Shown here: positions 45,721 to 56,637 of the stretch, piece after piece | How the letters are laid out: every line of letters begins with the position of its first letter | Position numbering within the stretch: position 1 is the first letter of the stretch | From: Candidatus Colenecus caballi | Lineage (GTDB): Bacteria; Bacteroidota; Bacteroidia; Bacteroidales; Bacteroidaceae | Length of the DNA stretch: 64,000 nucleotides | Assembly (NCBI GenBank): GCA_018065615.1 | Contig: JAGHSY010000033.1 | Location: 8,210-72,209, forward strand | Reading direction: 5' to 3' | The notes under the pieces: model-generated | The model's input: only the letters and a program-made list of their open reading frames with translations | What the model was told of the DNA's origin: nothing | The model's database searches: none | Program-made: the position numbers and the translations under genes

Positions 45721-47619
45721 CTAATATTTCCAGATAAACTGCAGGCTCAGGTCCTCCTTGTGACAGGAATCAATGCGCTGCTGTCCTGAACTGATTTCAT
45801 CACGGTCAGTGTAAATTGTCGAACCGAATTTAAGGCTCAGATTCAGGTGACTGCCCAAACTGTATTTCCAGACTGTGGAAAGCCTGACTCCATGTCCGTA
45901 CATGGTCATGAAATTGAATGAATAGCGCATGCCCTTCTCATAGACTGATACGCTGCTGTCATAGCTGTCAGTAAGGAAGACCGATGCAGATACGCTGCCG
46001 TCAAGTCTGCCGCCCATAAATGCCCGGTCATAGGACGATGCCAAAGCCCAGCCGTTTGAAATGGGTTCGGCCACCATGTCATAGCGCGAATATGCAAGCA
46101 ATGTCTGCAAACCTGAACCGTCACTGAAATCATGAGTCCATTTTAGGCGGCAGCGCGTTGTCAGGCAGTACTCCAATGCACCGGTATATTTGCAGTCCTT
46201 CTGCTTTGCCTTGTAACGTGCAGTCAGAATCAATGCATCATGCTTTCCAGGCTGCCACTCTAACTGACCTTTAAGATCCATACCATCGGCCCCGCTCTCA
46301 ATGTACCTGAAGAAATCAGCATAGCAGTTTGCTTTCAGCTTGCGGCTGCTGCGTGACAGGCTGACCATAAGGCCGGTTTCATCATTAACCTTGCGCTCTG
46401 AAAAGGCACTTGCATGCAGAGCGGCATATTCCGGACTGTAATACCTGTAAACCACATTCAGTTCATGACCTGCCGGCAGCCGCAGAAGCAAGGAGTTCAG
46501 GGTTGCCGGACCACCGCTCCATGATGTCTCACCGCCAATGCTGAAACACGCCCGGCTAAGCGACCAGTCTGCAGCAACCCCCGCATAAACATCCCTGTCC
46601 TTGTACGGAAGCGGCAGTTTTTCAGCCAGAGCAGTAACACCCAAAGTCACCCCGCGGCTGTGGTATCGGACATTGAACACTCCGGTCTTCAGACTGATGT
46701 TGTGCTTCTTAGAACGCTCCAACTCAGTACGGTGCAAGCCGTCCTGTTTGAATGACCCTATAACCGAATCACCTTTCAGCGTTGCGTCAAGCGGCGTCAG
46801 CGCACCCATGAAAGTGTATTTGACATGCCCACGGCCCAAAGTCACTCCAACACCTGTGAAATATCCTGATTCCGATGTTGACGAATGCGGTTTCAAACCA
46901 TGTGAACCGCTCTGCGTCATACTTTTGCCAAGTGAAAAGCCGCTGTTCATGAGCAGTCCCCATCCGAATGAAGCCTTGAAGTTTCCAACAGCCAGAACGC
47001 TGACAAAGCCCATGTCCTTACAATACAGATAAGATGAATGGAAGTCGTGGCCCCAGGCTTCACCGGCATCCTTGTCTAAAGCAAGTCCGAATCTGATGCG
47101 GTTCTTCCAGTTGAATGACCAGCGCAGATTATGTGAAAGTCTGCCACCTGCGTACTTGCCGTTTATGATTCCGTCACGCCGGTAAAACGGAATGTCCAAG
47201 TGCCCGGTCACCTCCTGACGGCCATCACTGATAACCTTGCTCAAATCAATCCTTTCCTCATCCTGGGGTACCGGTCCTGCATAGACAAAGTGTTTCAGCA
47301 GCTGTCTGGTGCTGAAATCCAGCCCGCCCGTCAGCTGCAGTTCACCCAGCGTCTGCATCGGACCATGCATATAGACATACGCCTGGATGTTCTCAATCTG
47401 CAAGTCCGACAGGAACGCCAGCTGCGACAATTCGTCTGGAGTGGCTGTGTTTATGTTCATCGGACTGTCATGAAGTGACTCATAAAGGAAAGACAGCTCT
47501 TCACGTGCCTGGTCGCTCAGGTCCTCATCAGAAAGAAGAAATTCAAGTGTGGTGTCCCAGTCCTGTGAAAAAAGTGGAGTACTCAGAAATAAGGAAAGAA
47601 TTAACAATGTTCTTTTCAT
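45721..47619 (-). CDS. helix-hairpin-helix (ComEA-like) domain protein fused to a predicted outer-membrane beta-barrel
   Basis: Start chosen at MKRTLLILSLFLSTPLFS. NINTATPDELSQL HhH motif. The long C-terminal region has alternating beta-strand-like pattern and ends in an aromatic residue (..FIWKY). Confidence 0.6.
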   Translation of the reverse strand: MKRTLLILSLFLSTPLFSQDWDTTLEFLLSDEDLSDQAREELSFLYESLHDSPMNINTATPDELSQLAFLSDLQIENIQAYVYMHGPMQTLGELQLTGGLDFSTRQLLKHFVYAGPVPQDEERIDLSKVISDGRQEVTGHLDIPFYRRDGIINGKYAGGRLSHNLRWSFNWKNRIRFGLALDKDAGEAWGHDFHSSYLYCKDMGFVSVLAVGNFKASFGWGLLMNSGFSLGKSMTQSGSHGLKPHSSTSESGYFTGVGVTLGRGHVKYTFMGALTPLDATLKGDSVIGSFKQDGLHRTELERSKKHNISLKTGVFNVRYHSRGVTLGVTALAEKLPLPYKDRDVYAGVAADWSLSRACFSIGGETSWSGGPATLNSLLLRLPAGHELNVVYRYYSPEYAALHASAFSERKVNDETGLMVSLSRSSRKLKANCYADFFRYIESGADGMDLKGQLEWQPGKHDALILTARYKAKQKDCKYTGALEYCLTTRCRLKWTHDFSDGSGLQTLLAYSRYDMVAEPISNGWALASSYDRAFMGGRLDGSVSASVFLTDSYDSSVSVYEKGMRYSFNFMTMYGHGVRLSTVWKYSLGSHLNLSLKFGSTIYTDRDEISSGQQRIDSCHKEDLSLQFIWKY

Positions 47620-47684
47620 GGTATATTCAAAATGGTTGGCATCAAAAGTATGCATTATTTTTGATATTTGATAATTTTGCCTGC

Positions 47685-48290
47685 ATGAAACGTATCGTCA
47701 TTCTGATTCTTGCTGTCCTAATGGCTGTCCCGTCATTTGGAGTGGATCTGGACTCATTAAAGCAGAAGCGCGTCTTTGTAGCTCTTGCCACTGTAGTCGA
47801 TGGCGACACAATCCCATCATTTGACCTGATGGAGGTCACCATTTTCGGACGCCGCACCTACTCCAGCGCACGCAAGCAGCGCAAGTACGACAAGCTGACC
47901 CGCAACGTCATGAAAATGTACCCCATTTCACTTGAAATCAAAGCCATTCTGATCGAGACCTACCTGTATATGCAGACATTGCCTGATGATGAGGCCCGTC
48001 AGGAGCATATCGAACTTGTAGAAAAGGGCGTATGGGACCAGTACTATCCCGTAATGCGGAAATGCACACTTGCACAGGGCAAACTGCTCATCAAACTCAT
48101 TGACCGTGAATGCAACCAGACAAGCTTTGAACTGATAAATGCCTTTGCCGGCGGTTTCAAGGCCAAGTTCTATCAGGCATTTGCCGCGCTGTTCGGCGCA
48201 TCGCTCAAGAAGGAATACAACCCTGAAGATGACGATGAGGACAACATGATTGAGGAAATCATCTGGATGATTGACAACGACATGTTGTAA
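47685..48290 (+). CDS. DUF4294-family protein with signal peptide
   Basis: Start chosen at MKRIVILILAVLMAVPSFG. The segment LAQGKLLIKLIDRECNQTSFELI recalls DUF4294 from memory. Confidence 0.55.
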   Translation: MKRIVILILAVLMAVPSFGVDLDSLKQKRVFVALATVVDGDTIPSFDLMEVTIFGRRTYSSARKQRKYDKLTRNVMKMYPISLEIKAILIETYLYMQTLPDDEARQEHIELVEKGVWDQYYPVMRKCTLAQGKLLIKLIDRECNQTSFELINAFAGGFKAKFYQAFAALFGASLKKEYNPEDDDEDNMIEEIIWMIDNDML

Positions 48291-48333
48291 TTTTGGGTAC
48301 CTTTGCATTCAGAATACTATTTGACAATTACAT

Positions 48334-49434
48334 ATGGCATTGCAATGCGGCATAGTGGGCCTGCCCAACGTAGGCAAATCCACACTTTTCAACTGTCTGT
48401 CAAGCGCCAAGGCGCAGGCAGCAAATTTCCCTTTCTGCACAATTGAACCTAACGTAGGTACAATAACCGTCCCCGATGAACGTCTCAACCGTCTGGCAGA
48501 GATTGACCACCCGCAAAGGGTCATCCCGACCACCGTTGAGATAGTTGACATTGCCGGTCTGGTAAAGGGTGCCAGCAAGGGAGAAGGACTGGGCAACAAG
48601 TTCCTGGCCAACATACGTGAGACCGATGCCATCATACACGTGCTCCGCTGCTTTGATGACGAGAACGTCACCCACGTTGACGGCAGCGTAAACCCGGTAC
48701 GTGACAAGGAAATCATTGACACAGAACTCCAGCTCAAAGACCTTGAAACCGTTGAAAGCCGTATAACCAAGGTCCAGAAGCAGGCCACCACAGGCGGTGA
48801 CAAGAACGCCAAGGCTCTGCTTGAGCTGCTGCTCCGCTATAAGGAAGCCCTTCTCCAGGGCAAGTCAGCCCGCACTGTGGAACTCAGCAAGGAGGAACTC
48901 CCGCTGGTCCACGACCTGTTCCTGCTGACCACCAAACCGGTGCTGTACGTCTGCAATGTTGACGAATCCAGCGCCGTAAGCGGCAACGCCTACTCTGAAG
49001 CCGTAAAGGAAGCCATCAAGGATGAAGGCGCGCAGATGATTCTGGTAGCCGCCGGACTTGAGGCCGATATTGCCGAACTGGATACCTTTGAAGAACGCCA
49101 GATGTTCCTTGAAGAAGCCGGCCTTAAAGAATCGGGAGTAGTGCGCCTTATCAAAGCCGCCTACAAGCTGCTTGACCTGCAGACCTTCTTCACCACCGGT
49201 GCTGACGAATCACGTGCATGGACATTCCGCCGCGGCATGAAGGCACCTCAGTGCGCCGGTGTCATACACACTGACTTTGAAAAAGGATTCATCCGCGCAG
49301 AGGTCATAAAGTACGATGATTACGTGACACTTGGTTCTGAAGCTGCCGTGCGTGAAGCCGGAAAGCTGAACGTTGAAGGCAAGGAATATGTGGCTCAGGA
49401 CGGTGACATAATGCATTTCCGCTTTAACGTATGA
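48334..49434 (+). CDS. ychF: redox-regulated ATPase YchF
   Basis: GIVGLPNVGKSTLFN P-loop, TGS-like C-terminus, 366 aa. Confidence 0.96.
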   Translation: MALQCGIVGLPNVGKSTLFNCLSSAKAQAANFPFCTIEPNVGTITVPDERLNRLAEIDHPQRVIPTTVEIVDIAGLVKGASKGEGLGNKFLANIRETDAIIHVLRCFDDENVTHVDGSVNPVRDKEIIDTELQLKDLETVESRITKVQKQATTGGDKNAKALLELLLRYKEALLQGKSARTVELSKEELPLVHDLFLLTTKPVLYVCNVDESSAVSGNAYSEAVKEAIKDEGAQMILVAAGLEADIAELDTFEERQMFLEEAGLKESGVVRLIKAAYKLLDLQTFFTTGADESRAWTFRRGMKAPQCAGVIHTDFEKGFIRAEVIKYDDYVTLGSEAAVREAGKLNVEGKEYVAQDGDIMHFRFNV

Positions 49435-50267
49435 TCAATTTCCTTGCCGTCGTCTGGAACCCGGACAGCCAGCTGGGCACTTTCTTCGGACTGCCGCTCA
49501 GGTATTACTCACTGCTGTGGGTCATCGGTCTTGCCGCCGCCTATTTCCTTGTAAAGAAATTCTACAAGGACCGCGGAATAAGCAATGACGTTTATGAACC
49601 GCTGTTCCTGTACTGCTTCTTCAGCATCCTTATTGGCTGCCGTCTTGGACACTGCATATTCTACGAACCCGAATACTATTTTGGCAGTTTCAAGCACTTC
49701 ATAGAAATGCTTCTGCCAATACGCTTCATGCCAATGGGCGGCATCAGACTGGTAGGCTACAGCGGTCTGGCCAGCCACGGTGGCACAATAGGCATATTCA
49801 TCGGCATTCTGCTATATTGCAAGAAGTACAAGGTCAAACTGCTTGAATGCGTTGATATGGTCGGCGTTGCCACACCATCGACCGCTGCCTGCATACGTCT
49901 TGGCAATCTTATGAATTCCGAAATTGTGGGCAAGGCCACCGGAACCGACTGGGGCTTCATTTTTGTCCAGTTGGGTGAAGATTTCCCGCGTCATCCGGCC
50001 CAGCTGTATGAGGCCATTGCCTATGCTGTAATTCTGGTTCTCTCACTGCTCATATACCGTAAGCACAAAAATCTGGTAGGCACCGGCTTCTATTTCGGAT
50101 TCTGCCTTGCCACCATATTCATCTTCCGCTTCTTCATTGAGTTCTGCAAGGAAGTACAGGTTGACTTTGAACAGGGCATGGCCCTTGACATGGGTCAGAT
50201 TCTCAGCATCCCGTTTGCCATTGTCGGCGTCTATTTCGTAATCAGGGGACTCAGAAAAAAGAAGTGA
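49431..50267 (+). CDS. lgt: prolipoprotein diacylglyceryl transferase
   Basis: Polytopic membrane protein with HPAQLYEA and other Lgt-type motifs. Confidence 0.88.
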   Translation: MINFLAVVWNPDSQLGTFFGLPLRYYSLLWVIGLAAAYFLVKKFYKDRGISNDVYEPLFLYCFFSILIGCRLGHCIFYEPEYYFGSFKHFIEMLLPIRFMPMGGIRLVGYSGLASHGGTIGIFIGILLYCKKYKVKLLECVDMVGVATPSTAACIRLGNLMNSEIVGKATGTDWGFIFVQLGEDFPRHPAQLYEAIAYAVILVLSLLIYRKHKNLVGTGFYFGFCLATIFIFRFFIEFCKEVQVDFEQGMALDMGQILSIPFAIVGVYFVIRGLRKKK

Positions 50268-52889
50268 CTATTTGCCTTTAAGGATTTTCTTGATGTCGTT
50301 CAGCTTGTTCAGAGCCTCAATGGGTGTCAGGTTGTTGACGTCAATTGAGAGCAGCATGTCACGTATCTGACACAGCACGGGGTCATCGAGCTGGAAGAAA
50401 CTCATCTGCATGCCTTCACGGCTCTGTGCGGTCTCTACGCTTGGACGTGAAATGCCCTTTCCGGTGCTGGCAGACTCCATCTCCTGAAGAATGGTGTTTG
50501 CGCGCTTCACAATACTGCGCGGCATGCCGGCCATATCGGCCACATGGATACCGAACGAATGCTCGCTGCCGCCGGGAGCCAGCTTGCGCAGGAACAGCAC
50601 CTTTCCATCGACCTCTCTGACTGATACGTTGAAGTTGCGTATGCGCTGGAACGATTCGGCCATCTCATTGAGTTCGTGATAATGGGTGGCAAACAGCGTA
50701 CGTGCGTGGGCGGTTGGGTGTTCGTGAATGTATTCGACTATGGCCCATGCAATTGAAATGCCGTCATAGGTCGATGTGCCGCGGCCCAATTCGTCAAACA
50801 GGACAAGGCTGCGGCGGGTTATGTTGTTCAGAATGCTGGCGGCCTCTGTCATCTCAACCATGAAGGTCGATTCACCGGCCGATATGTTGTCACTTGCGCC
50901 CACGCGGGTGAAAATGCGGTCAACGACACCTATGCGGGCACTGTCAGCCGGAACGTAGCAGCCCATCTGGGCAAGCAGGGTTATCAGCGCGGTCTGACGC
51001 AGCAGGGCAGACTTACCGGCCATATTTGGGCCTGTAATGATAAGTATCTGCTCCTTGTCGCTGTCCATATAAACGTTGTTCGATATGTAGCTTTCACCGG
51101 GGGCCATCTGCGTTTCAATGACCGGATGACGGCCTTCACGTATGTCAAGAATACAGCTGTCGTCAACAACAGGACGGACATAACGGTGCTGGCGCGCCAC
51201 AGCGGCAAATGACAGCAGGCAGTCCAGGTGGCTGACCTGAACGGCATCCTGCTGAATGGCCGGCACATACTGTACAATGGACTGCGCAAGCTGTGCAAAA
51301 AGCTGCGTTTCAAGAGCCAGTATCTTGTCCTCGGCACCCAGAATCTTTTCTTCGTACTCCTTCAGTTCGGGAGTGATGTAACGCTCGGCATTGACCAGGG
51401 TCTGCTTGCGTATCCATTCCTGCGGCACCTTGTCCTTGAAGGTATTCCGGACTTCAAGGTAATATCCGAACACGTTGTTGTAGGCAATCTTCAGACTTGG
51501 AATGCCTGTCAGTTCCGCCTCGCGCTGCTGGATCTGCATAAGGTAATCCTTGCCGTTGTATGCAATCTGACGCAGTTCATCAAGCTCCGGACTTATTCCG
51601 TCTGCAATGACACCGCCTTTGCTCACCAGCATGGGGGCATCGGACTTGAGGGTGCTCAGAATGCTGTCACGCAGGTCAGCGCACAGGTCCATCTTTTCCG
51701 CCAGACCCTTCAGTTTTTCATTGTCCGATGCAAGGCAGGCCTCACGCACGGGCTCAAGGCGCAAAAGTGCCTGACCCAGTCCGATGACTTCACGCGGATT
51801 GATGCGGCCCACGGCGGCTTTGGACACCAGGCGTTCAAGGTCACCCATGCGCCCGATTGATTCAGTAAGCGTTTCTGCCATATCAGGACAGCGGAACAGA
51901 TGGTCCACAACGTCAAGACGGCTGTTTATGGCCGCCACATCCTTGAGCGGAAACAGCATCCAACGGCGCAGCAGACGGGCTCCCATGGGAGAACTGGTCC
52001 TGTCTATGACCTTGAGCAGGGAAGTTCCGTCCTCATTGTTGGAACCAAGCAGTTCCAGGTTGCGGACCGTGAATTTGTCAAGACGCACATAACGTTCCTC
52101 ATCAATCATGCGGATTGACGTTATGTGACTTATGTTGTTGTGCAGTGTCTGGGCCAGATATTCAAGAATGGCACCGGCCGCAACCTTGCCGTTGTTCAGA
52201 TGGTCAACGCCGAATCCTTTCAGGTTGCGGACCTTGAAATGACGGTTCAGCTTTTCACGGGCATACTCTTCAGTGAACACCCAGTCGTCAAGTTCCCGGA
52301 CACAGTAGCGTGTGCCAAGTGACTGTTCGAACTGCTGGCGGTGTCCGCGCTCAATCAGAGTCTCCTTTGGAGAGAAGTTGGAAAGCAGCTTGTCAATGTG
52401 GTCTGCCGGACCTTCGGCAATAAGGTATTCACCGGTAGAGATGTCCAGCAGTGACATTCCCCATGCGCCTTTGCCGAAATGGACGGCTGCAAGGAAGTTG
52501 TTCTCCTTGTTCTGGAGCACGTTGTCACTCATGGCAACACCAGGGGTAACCAGTTCTGTTATGCCGCGCTTTACCAGCTTGTTGGTAAGTTTGGGGTCCT
52601 CAAGCTGGTCACATATTGCAACACGGCGCCCGGCGCGTATCAGTTTTGGCAGATACACGTCAAGGGCATGATGCGGAAAGCCGGCCATATCAAGGGCCAT
52701 GGCTCCGTTCTTGCCGTTGTTACGGCGGGTCAGAGTTATTCCAAGAATTTCACTGGCATCGACAGCGTCCTGTGCGTATGTCTCATAGAAGTCACCGCAT
52801 CGGAACAGAAGGACGGCATCGGGGTGTTTTTCCTTGAGGCTGTAGAACTGCCTCATCATTGGTGTCTCAGACGGATTGCTTGCAGCCAT
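50268..52889 (-). CDS. mutS: DNA mismatch repair protein MutS
   Basis: TPMMRQF N-terminus, Walker [16 protein letters not shown], 873 aa. Confidence 0.97.
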   Translation of the reverse strand: MAASNPSETPMMRQFYSLKEKHPDAVLLFRCGDFYETYAQDAVDASEILGITLTRRNNGKNGAMALDMAGFPHHALDVYLPKLIRAGRRVAICDQLEDPKLTNKLVKRGITELVTPGVAMSDNVLQNKENNFLAAVHFGKGAWGMSLLDISTGEYLIAEGPADHIDKLLSNFSPKETLIERGHRQQFEQSLGTRYCVRELDDWVFTEEYAREKLNRHFKVRNLKGFGVDHLNNGKVAAGAILEYLAQTLHNNISHITSIRMIDEERYVRLDKFTVRNLELLGSNNEDGTSLLKVIDRTSSPMGARLLRRWMLFPLKDVAAINSRLDVVDHLFRCPDMAETLTESIGRMGDLERLVSKAAVGRINPREVIGLGQALLRLEPVREACLASDNEKLKGLAEKMDLCADLRDSILSTLKSDAPMLVSKGGVIADGISPELDELRQIAYNGKDYLMQIQQREAELTGIPSLKIAYNNVFGYYLEVRNTFKDKVPQEWIRKQTLVNAERYITPELKEYEEKILGAEDKILALETQLFAQLAQSIVQYVPAIQQDAVQVSHLDCLLSFAAVARQHRYVRPVVDDSCILDIREGRHPVIETQMAPGESYISNNVYMDSDKEQILIITGPNMAGKSALLRQTALITLLAQMGCYVPADSARIGVVDRIFTRVGASDNISAGESTFMVEMTEAASILNNITRRSLVLFDELGRGTSTYDGISIAWAIVEYIHEHPTAHARTLFATHYHELNEMAESFQRIRNFNVSVREVDGKVLFLRKLAPGGSEHSFGIHVADMAGMPRSIVKRANTILQEMESASTGKGISRPSVETAQSREGMQMSFFQLDDPVLCQIRDMLLSIDVNNLTPIEALNKLNDIKKILKGK

Positions 52890-52892
52890 TGC

Positions 52893-54311
52893 TTAGTTTT
52901 TTCTTTTTCTGAACAGGAACAGCGTAGCAATGATGAACAGGACAATCAGAATGCCGAGAGTAATCCATGTGGCCGTCATGCTCTTGGGTGCAAAACCAAG
53001 AAGAAGCAGCACCGGGAAGCCCATAACCATGGCAGGTATGTTTTGAAGCACCAGATTGTTTGCGGCAGGAGTCTCATAGCGCGGGTCTATTTCACGCAGC
53101 AGGATCATGCCGTTGCTGGCTGTGCCGGTAAGCATGCCGAACATTGCAAAGAAACCTTCATACTTGTAATTGGGATAAATCTTGAATGACACCCAGCGTA
53201 TGTAGTAGAAGGTGACAATGGCACCTACAACGCAGACAATGGTAAGCGGCAGCCAGATGGCCTTGAGGTTCTCAAAGCTTATGGCGGCGGTACCGGCCAC
53301 AATCATAATGTCAAAGCAAGTTCCGCTTACGCGGTTAAGCAGGAAATTGTTCAGATATTCACGGTTCATGAGACCTACCTTGCGCAGCCACTGGATAATG
53401 ATCTTGACCAGTGAACCGAACAGTATGCCCCAGAAGAAATTGAATCCGTAAACCAGAGGCTTGAGGGTCTTCTCACCGAAATCACCCAGATCAAGGCTGC
53501 CGATTCCCTTCATGAGCAGATATACCAGGAAATAGGTCAGCAGAACGATTGAAACCACAATGGTCATCTTGTCAACTGATTCCGAATGCGGCAGTTCGTT
53601 CTCCTGCTCATAGTCGTTGAGAGTATGGCGTGCAGACATTTCCTCATCGGTAATCTGCAGTTTTTTCTTCTTGTTGAGAATGTTCATGTAAATGACTCCG
53701 ACCACGCTGCCCACCAGGAATCCGATGGCTGCAATGGACAGACCGAAATCAATGCCCTCAAAGCTGATTCCCTGTTCACCCGCACCAATCTGATAGATGG
53801 TGCCGAAATTCAGTGCCTGACCGGGTCCCTGTCCGTAACCCATAGGCAGAAGCAGACCGCTTGAATAGAAAATGTCACGTCCGGCCTCAGGATTGCGCCA
53901 CCACATGAACATCGGAATAGTGACAAGAAGTCCGATGATACCCTGAACAATATAAGTGGCAATTGTCAGAGTGCCGGTATCTATGACCGTACGTGTATTT
54001 GAGCGGTTCGAAGTCTGGGCCGAGCGAAGTGACATGGCAATGAAACCCAGAGCAAGGGCATGATAGGTCACCACCTCCATGAAATGCTTGTCAATAAGAT
54101 CAGCAAATGCCGGCCACAGTTTGAATACAAGTATGATGAGTCCGCCAAGCAGAGCTGAAGGAATCAGACTGCGGCGCATCAGTTTTACCTTTCTGCGCAA
54201 GACATTGCCGGCAAGAACGGCTACCGCTACAATAAAGAACTGAATGAGTGTGTTCCACACTTCCGGTGTTGCGAATGAGGTCACGGCAAGGCCGTTTGCA
54301 GATAGTGTCAT
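52893..54311 (-). CDS. sodium/glutamate symporter family (GltS-like) transporter
   Basis: Polytopic protein. The N-terminal segment VLAGNVLRRKVKLMRRSLIPSALLGGLIILVFK parallels E. coli GltS from memory. Confidence 0.55.
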   Translation of the reverse strand: MTLSANGLAVTSFATPEVWNTLIQFFIVAVAVLAGNVLRRKVKLMRRSLIPSALLGGLIILVFKLWPAFADLIDKHFMEVVTYHALALGFIAMSLRSAQTSNRSNTRTVIDTGTLTIATYIVQGIIGLLVTIPMFMWWRNPEAGRDIFYSSGLLLPMGYGQGPGQALNFGTIYQIGAGEQGISFEGIDFGLSIAAIGFLVGSVVGVIYMNILNKKKKLQITDEEMSARHTLNDYEQENELPHSESVDKMTIVVSIVLLTYFLVYLLMKGIGSLDLGDFGEKTLKPLVYGFNFFWGILFGSLVKIIIQWLRKVGLMNREYLNNFLLNRVSGTCFDIMIVAGTAAISFENLKAIWLPLTIVCVVGAIVTFYYIRWVSFKIYPNYKYEGFFAMFGMLTGTASNGMILLREIDPRYETPAANNLVLQNIPAMVMGFPVLLLLGFAPKSMTATWITLGILIVLFIIATLFLFRKRKN

Positions 54312-54359
54312 AAGCTGTTAGTCCTGTTTCTTAAACATATTCGGCGAAAGTAATCAATT

Positions 54360-55385
54360 TCACTGAAGTAATGAAATGAACTTGTCAATATATTCTGCCG
54401 TTGTGTTCCAGCTGGTCACAAACCGGACTATGCTGCTGTCCTGACCGGCAGGAGCCCACACTTCAAAAGTGACTGATCCGGACAGTCTCTCAATGTCTCC
54501 ATTTGGCAGAACAAAGAACTGCTGGTTGGTCGGAGAATCAATATATGGTTTGTAACCTCTGGCAATCATGGCCTCTTTCAGCCGCAAAGCCTGTGTAACG
54601 GCCTGCTTTGAAATATCCATATACAGATTGTCCGTGAACAGGGCATCGAACTGAAGACCGAGCAGGCGGCCTTTTGCCAGTATTGCGCCATGCTGCTTTG
54701 ACAGGGTGAAGAAATGCGGCAGCAGTTCGGGACGCGGTGCCACTACGGCCTCGCCGAACAGCGCACCCACCTTGGTGCCGCTAATGTAGAACACGTCACA
54801 CAGACGCGCAATGTCCTTCATTGTCACCTGGTCCGATGCGGCCAGCCCGTAACCCAGACGCGCGCCGTCCAGGAACAGCGGAATGCAGTACCTGTGGCAG
54901 ACGGCGCTCAGTTCCTCAAGTTCGGACAGGGAATACAGAGTGCCCCATTCGGTCGGAAAAGATATGTACAGGGCACCGGGATATACCATGTGGTCACGGG
55001 AGCCGTCACCTAAAAAACTTATAAAGAAGTCCTCAACGTCACTGGCCCACACCTTGCCGTCATGACTGGGCAGCACAAGAATCTTATGGCCCGATGACTC
55101 CACCGCACCAGACTCATGACAGTTGATATGACCTGACTCCGCAGCCAGCACACCTTCATACTTTTTAAGGAGTGCGTCTATTACAGTGTCATTTGTCTGG
55201 GTGCCGCCAACAAGAAACTGGACAAGAGCATCAGGACAGCCGAAATGTTCACGGATCTTTTCTGCAGCCTTCATGCAATAGTCATCCTGACCGTATCCCA
55301 CGGTCTTTTCCAAGTTGGTCTCAAGCAGGCGCTCCATGACTTTGGGGTGGGCGCCTTCCATGTAATCGGAATCAAAGTGAAGCAT
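54360..55385 (-). CDS. threonine aldolase / beta-eliminating-lyase-family PLP enzyme
   Basis: Start chosen at MLHFDSDYMEGAHPKV. GGTQTND and ISGTKVG (PLP-lysine context). Confidence 0.65.
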   Translation of the reverse strand: MLHFDSDYMEGAHPKVMERLLETNLEKTVGYGQDDYCMKAAEKIREHFGCPDALVQFLVGGTQTNDTVIDALLKKYEGVLAAESGHINCHESGAVESSGHKILVLPSHDGKVWASDVEDFFISFLGDGSRDHMVYPGALYISFPTEWGTLYSLSELEELSAVCHRYCIPLFLDGARLGYGLAASDQVTMKDIARLCDVFYISGTKVGALFGEAVVAPRPELLPHFFTLSKQHGAILAKGRLLGLQFDALFTDNLYMDISKQAVTQALRLKEAMIARGYKPYIDSPTNQQFFVLPNGDIERLSGSVTFEVWAPAGQDSSIVRFVTSWNTTAEYIDKFISLLQ

Positions 55386-55470
55386 CGGATTATTATTTTT
55401 GTTACCGCAAATGTAGCGAATATCCGATTCAAAAAAGTATATTCGCGGTGTTACAAACCGACAAATCACT

Positions 55471-56586
55471 ATGGCATCAGAAGTATTCTTTACAAATTTG
55501 AGAACCGATCCGGACCACCATCTTCTGTACAAACTTGAAAAACTGGTTAGAAAAGCCGGGATTGACAGAATAGATTTCAAGGACAAGTTCACCGCAATCA
55601 AAATCCATTTCGGCGAGATTGGCAACATGGCCTACCTGCGTCCGGACTACGCCGCTGTCATTGTGAAAATTATAAAGGAGTTAGGTGGAAAACCCTTCCT
55701 GACAGACTGCAACACCCTTTACACCGGTTGGCGTTCGAATGCCATCGACCATCAGGACACCGCAATAAAGCATGGATATACCCCGTTCAGCACAGGAGCA
55801 CAGGTCATAATTGCAGACGGTCTCAAGGGTCTTGACTATAAGGAAATACCTATTGACGGTGAATACTGCAAGGCTCCAAAAATTGGTTCCGCCATAGCTG
55901 AAGCCGATATCATAATTTCAATAAATCATGTCAAAGGCCATGAGATGACCGGATTCGGTGGCGCGCTAAAGAACCTTGGAATGGGCTGCGGAAGCGTGGC
56001 CGGCAAGAAAGAGATGCACAGCGCTTCAAAACCGCGCATTGACACCGGTGCATGCCGCGGCTGCGGACTGTGTGTGAAGAACTGCGCCAGCAAAGCCATC
56101 AGTCTTAAGGACCGCAAGGCGGTAATAGACTATGAAAAGTGCATAGGATGCGGACAGTGCGTTGCCACATGCCAGTGCAACGGCGCCATTGCAGACAATG
56201 ATGAACAGCTGGACATTCTGAACTGCAAGATAGCGGAATATGCAAAGGCCACACTGAAGGGAAAACCCAACTTCCATATCAGCCTTATAATTGACGTGTC
56301 ACCTGAATGTGACTGCTGGGGCTACAATGACGCACCAGTGGTTCCCAACATAGGAATTCTGGCTTCATCGGACCCTGTAGCTCTGGACTGTGCATGCGCT
56401 GACCTGGTCAATCAGACCCCTGCAAACCGTTCTGACAATGTCCTTGCCAACAATATTGAGAAGCACAGCCATGACCATGGCGACCATTGGCACATGATTC
56501 ACCCGGACACCAACTGGCGATCATGCGTGGAACATGCTGAAAAGATTGGTATAGGCACGCGTGAATACAGCCTTGTAATTGTCTGA
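55471..56586 (+). CDS. DUF362-domain protein with 2x[4Fe-4S] ferredoxin insert
   Basis: DUF362-type N-terminus (IKIHFGE, FLTDCNTLY) and CRGCGLCVKNC / CIGCGQCVATC clusters. Confidence 0.75.
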   Translation: MASEVFFTNLRTDPDHHLLYKLEKLVRKAGIDRIDFKDKFTAIKIHFGEIGNMAYLRPDYAAVIVKIIKELGGKPFLTDCNTLYTGWRSNAIDHQDTAIKHGYTPFSTGAQVIIADGLKGLDYKEIPIDGEYCKAPKIGSAIAEADIIISINHVKGHEMTGFGGALKNLGMGCGSVAGKKEMHSASKPRIDTGACRGCGLCVKNCASKAISLKDRKAVIDYEKCIGCGQCVATCQCNGAIADNDEQLDILNCKIAEYAKATLKGKPNFHISLIIDVSPECDCWGYNDAPVVPNIGILASSDPVALDCACADLVNQTPANRSDNVLANNIEKHSHDHGDHWHMIHPDTNWRSCVEHAEKIGIGTREYSLVIV

Positions 56587-56637
56587 TTGACTGAAATTGT
56601 GTACTTTTGCGGACCAAAATGTTTTTAAAGCCGCAAA

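Noticed and set aside
48309-48812. 167-aa antisense ORF opposite ychF
   Set aside because: It is a shadow ORF; the ychF assignment on the plus strand is unambiguous.
52479-53189. 236-aa plus-strand ORF spanning the mutS/gltS-like junction (also 51228-51860, 210 aa)
   Set aside because: Both are antisense to two well-supported genes and have no recognisable motifs, so they are shadow ORFs.
55386-55628. N-terminal 81 codons of ORF 54360..55628
   Set aside because: The extension overlaps the start of the divergent DUF362 gene. The threonine-aldolase-family homology begins at MLHFDSDYMEG (55385).
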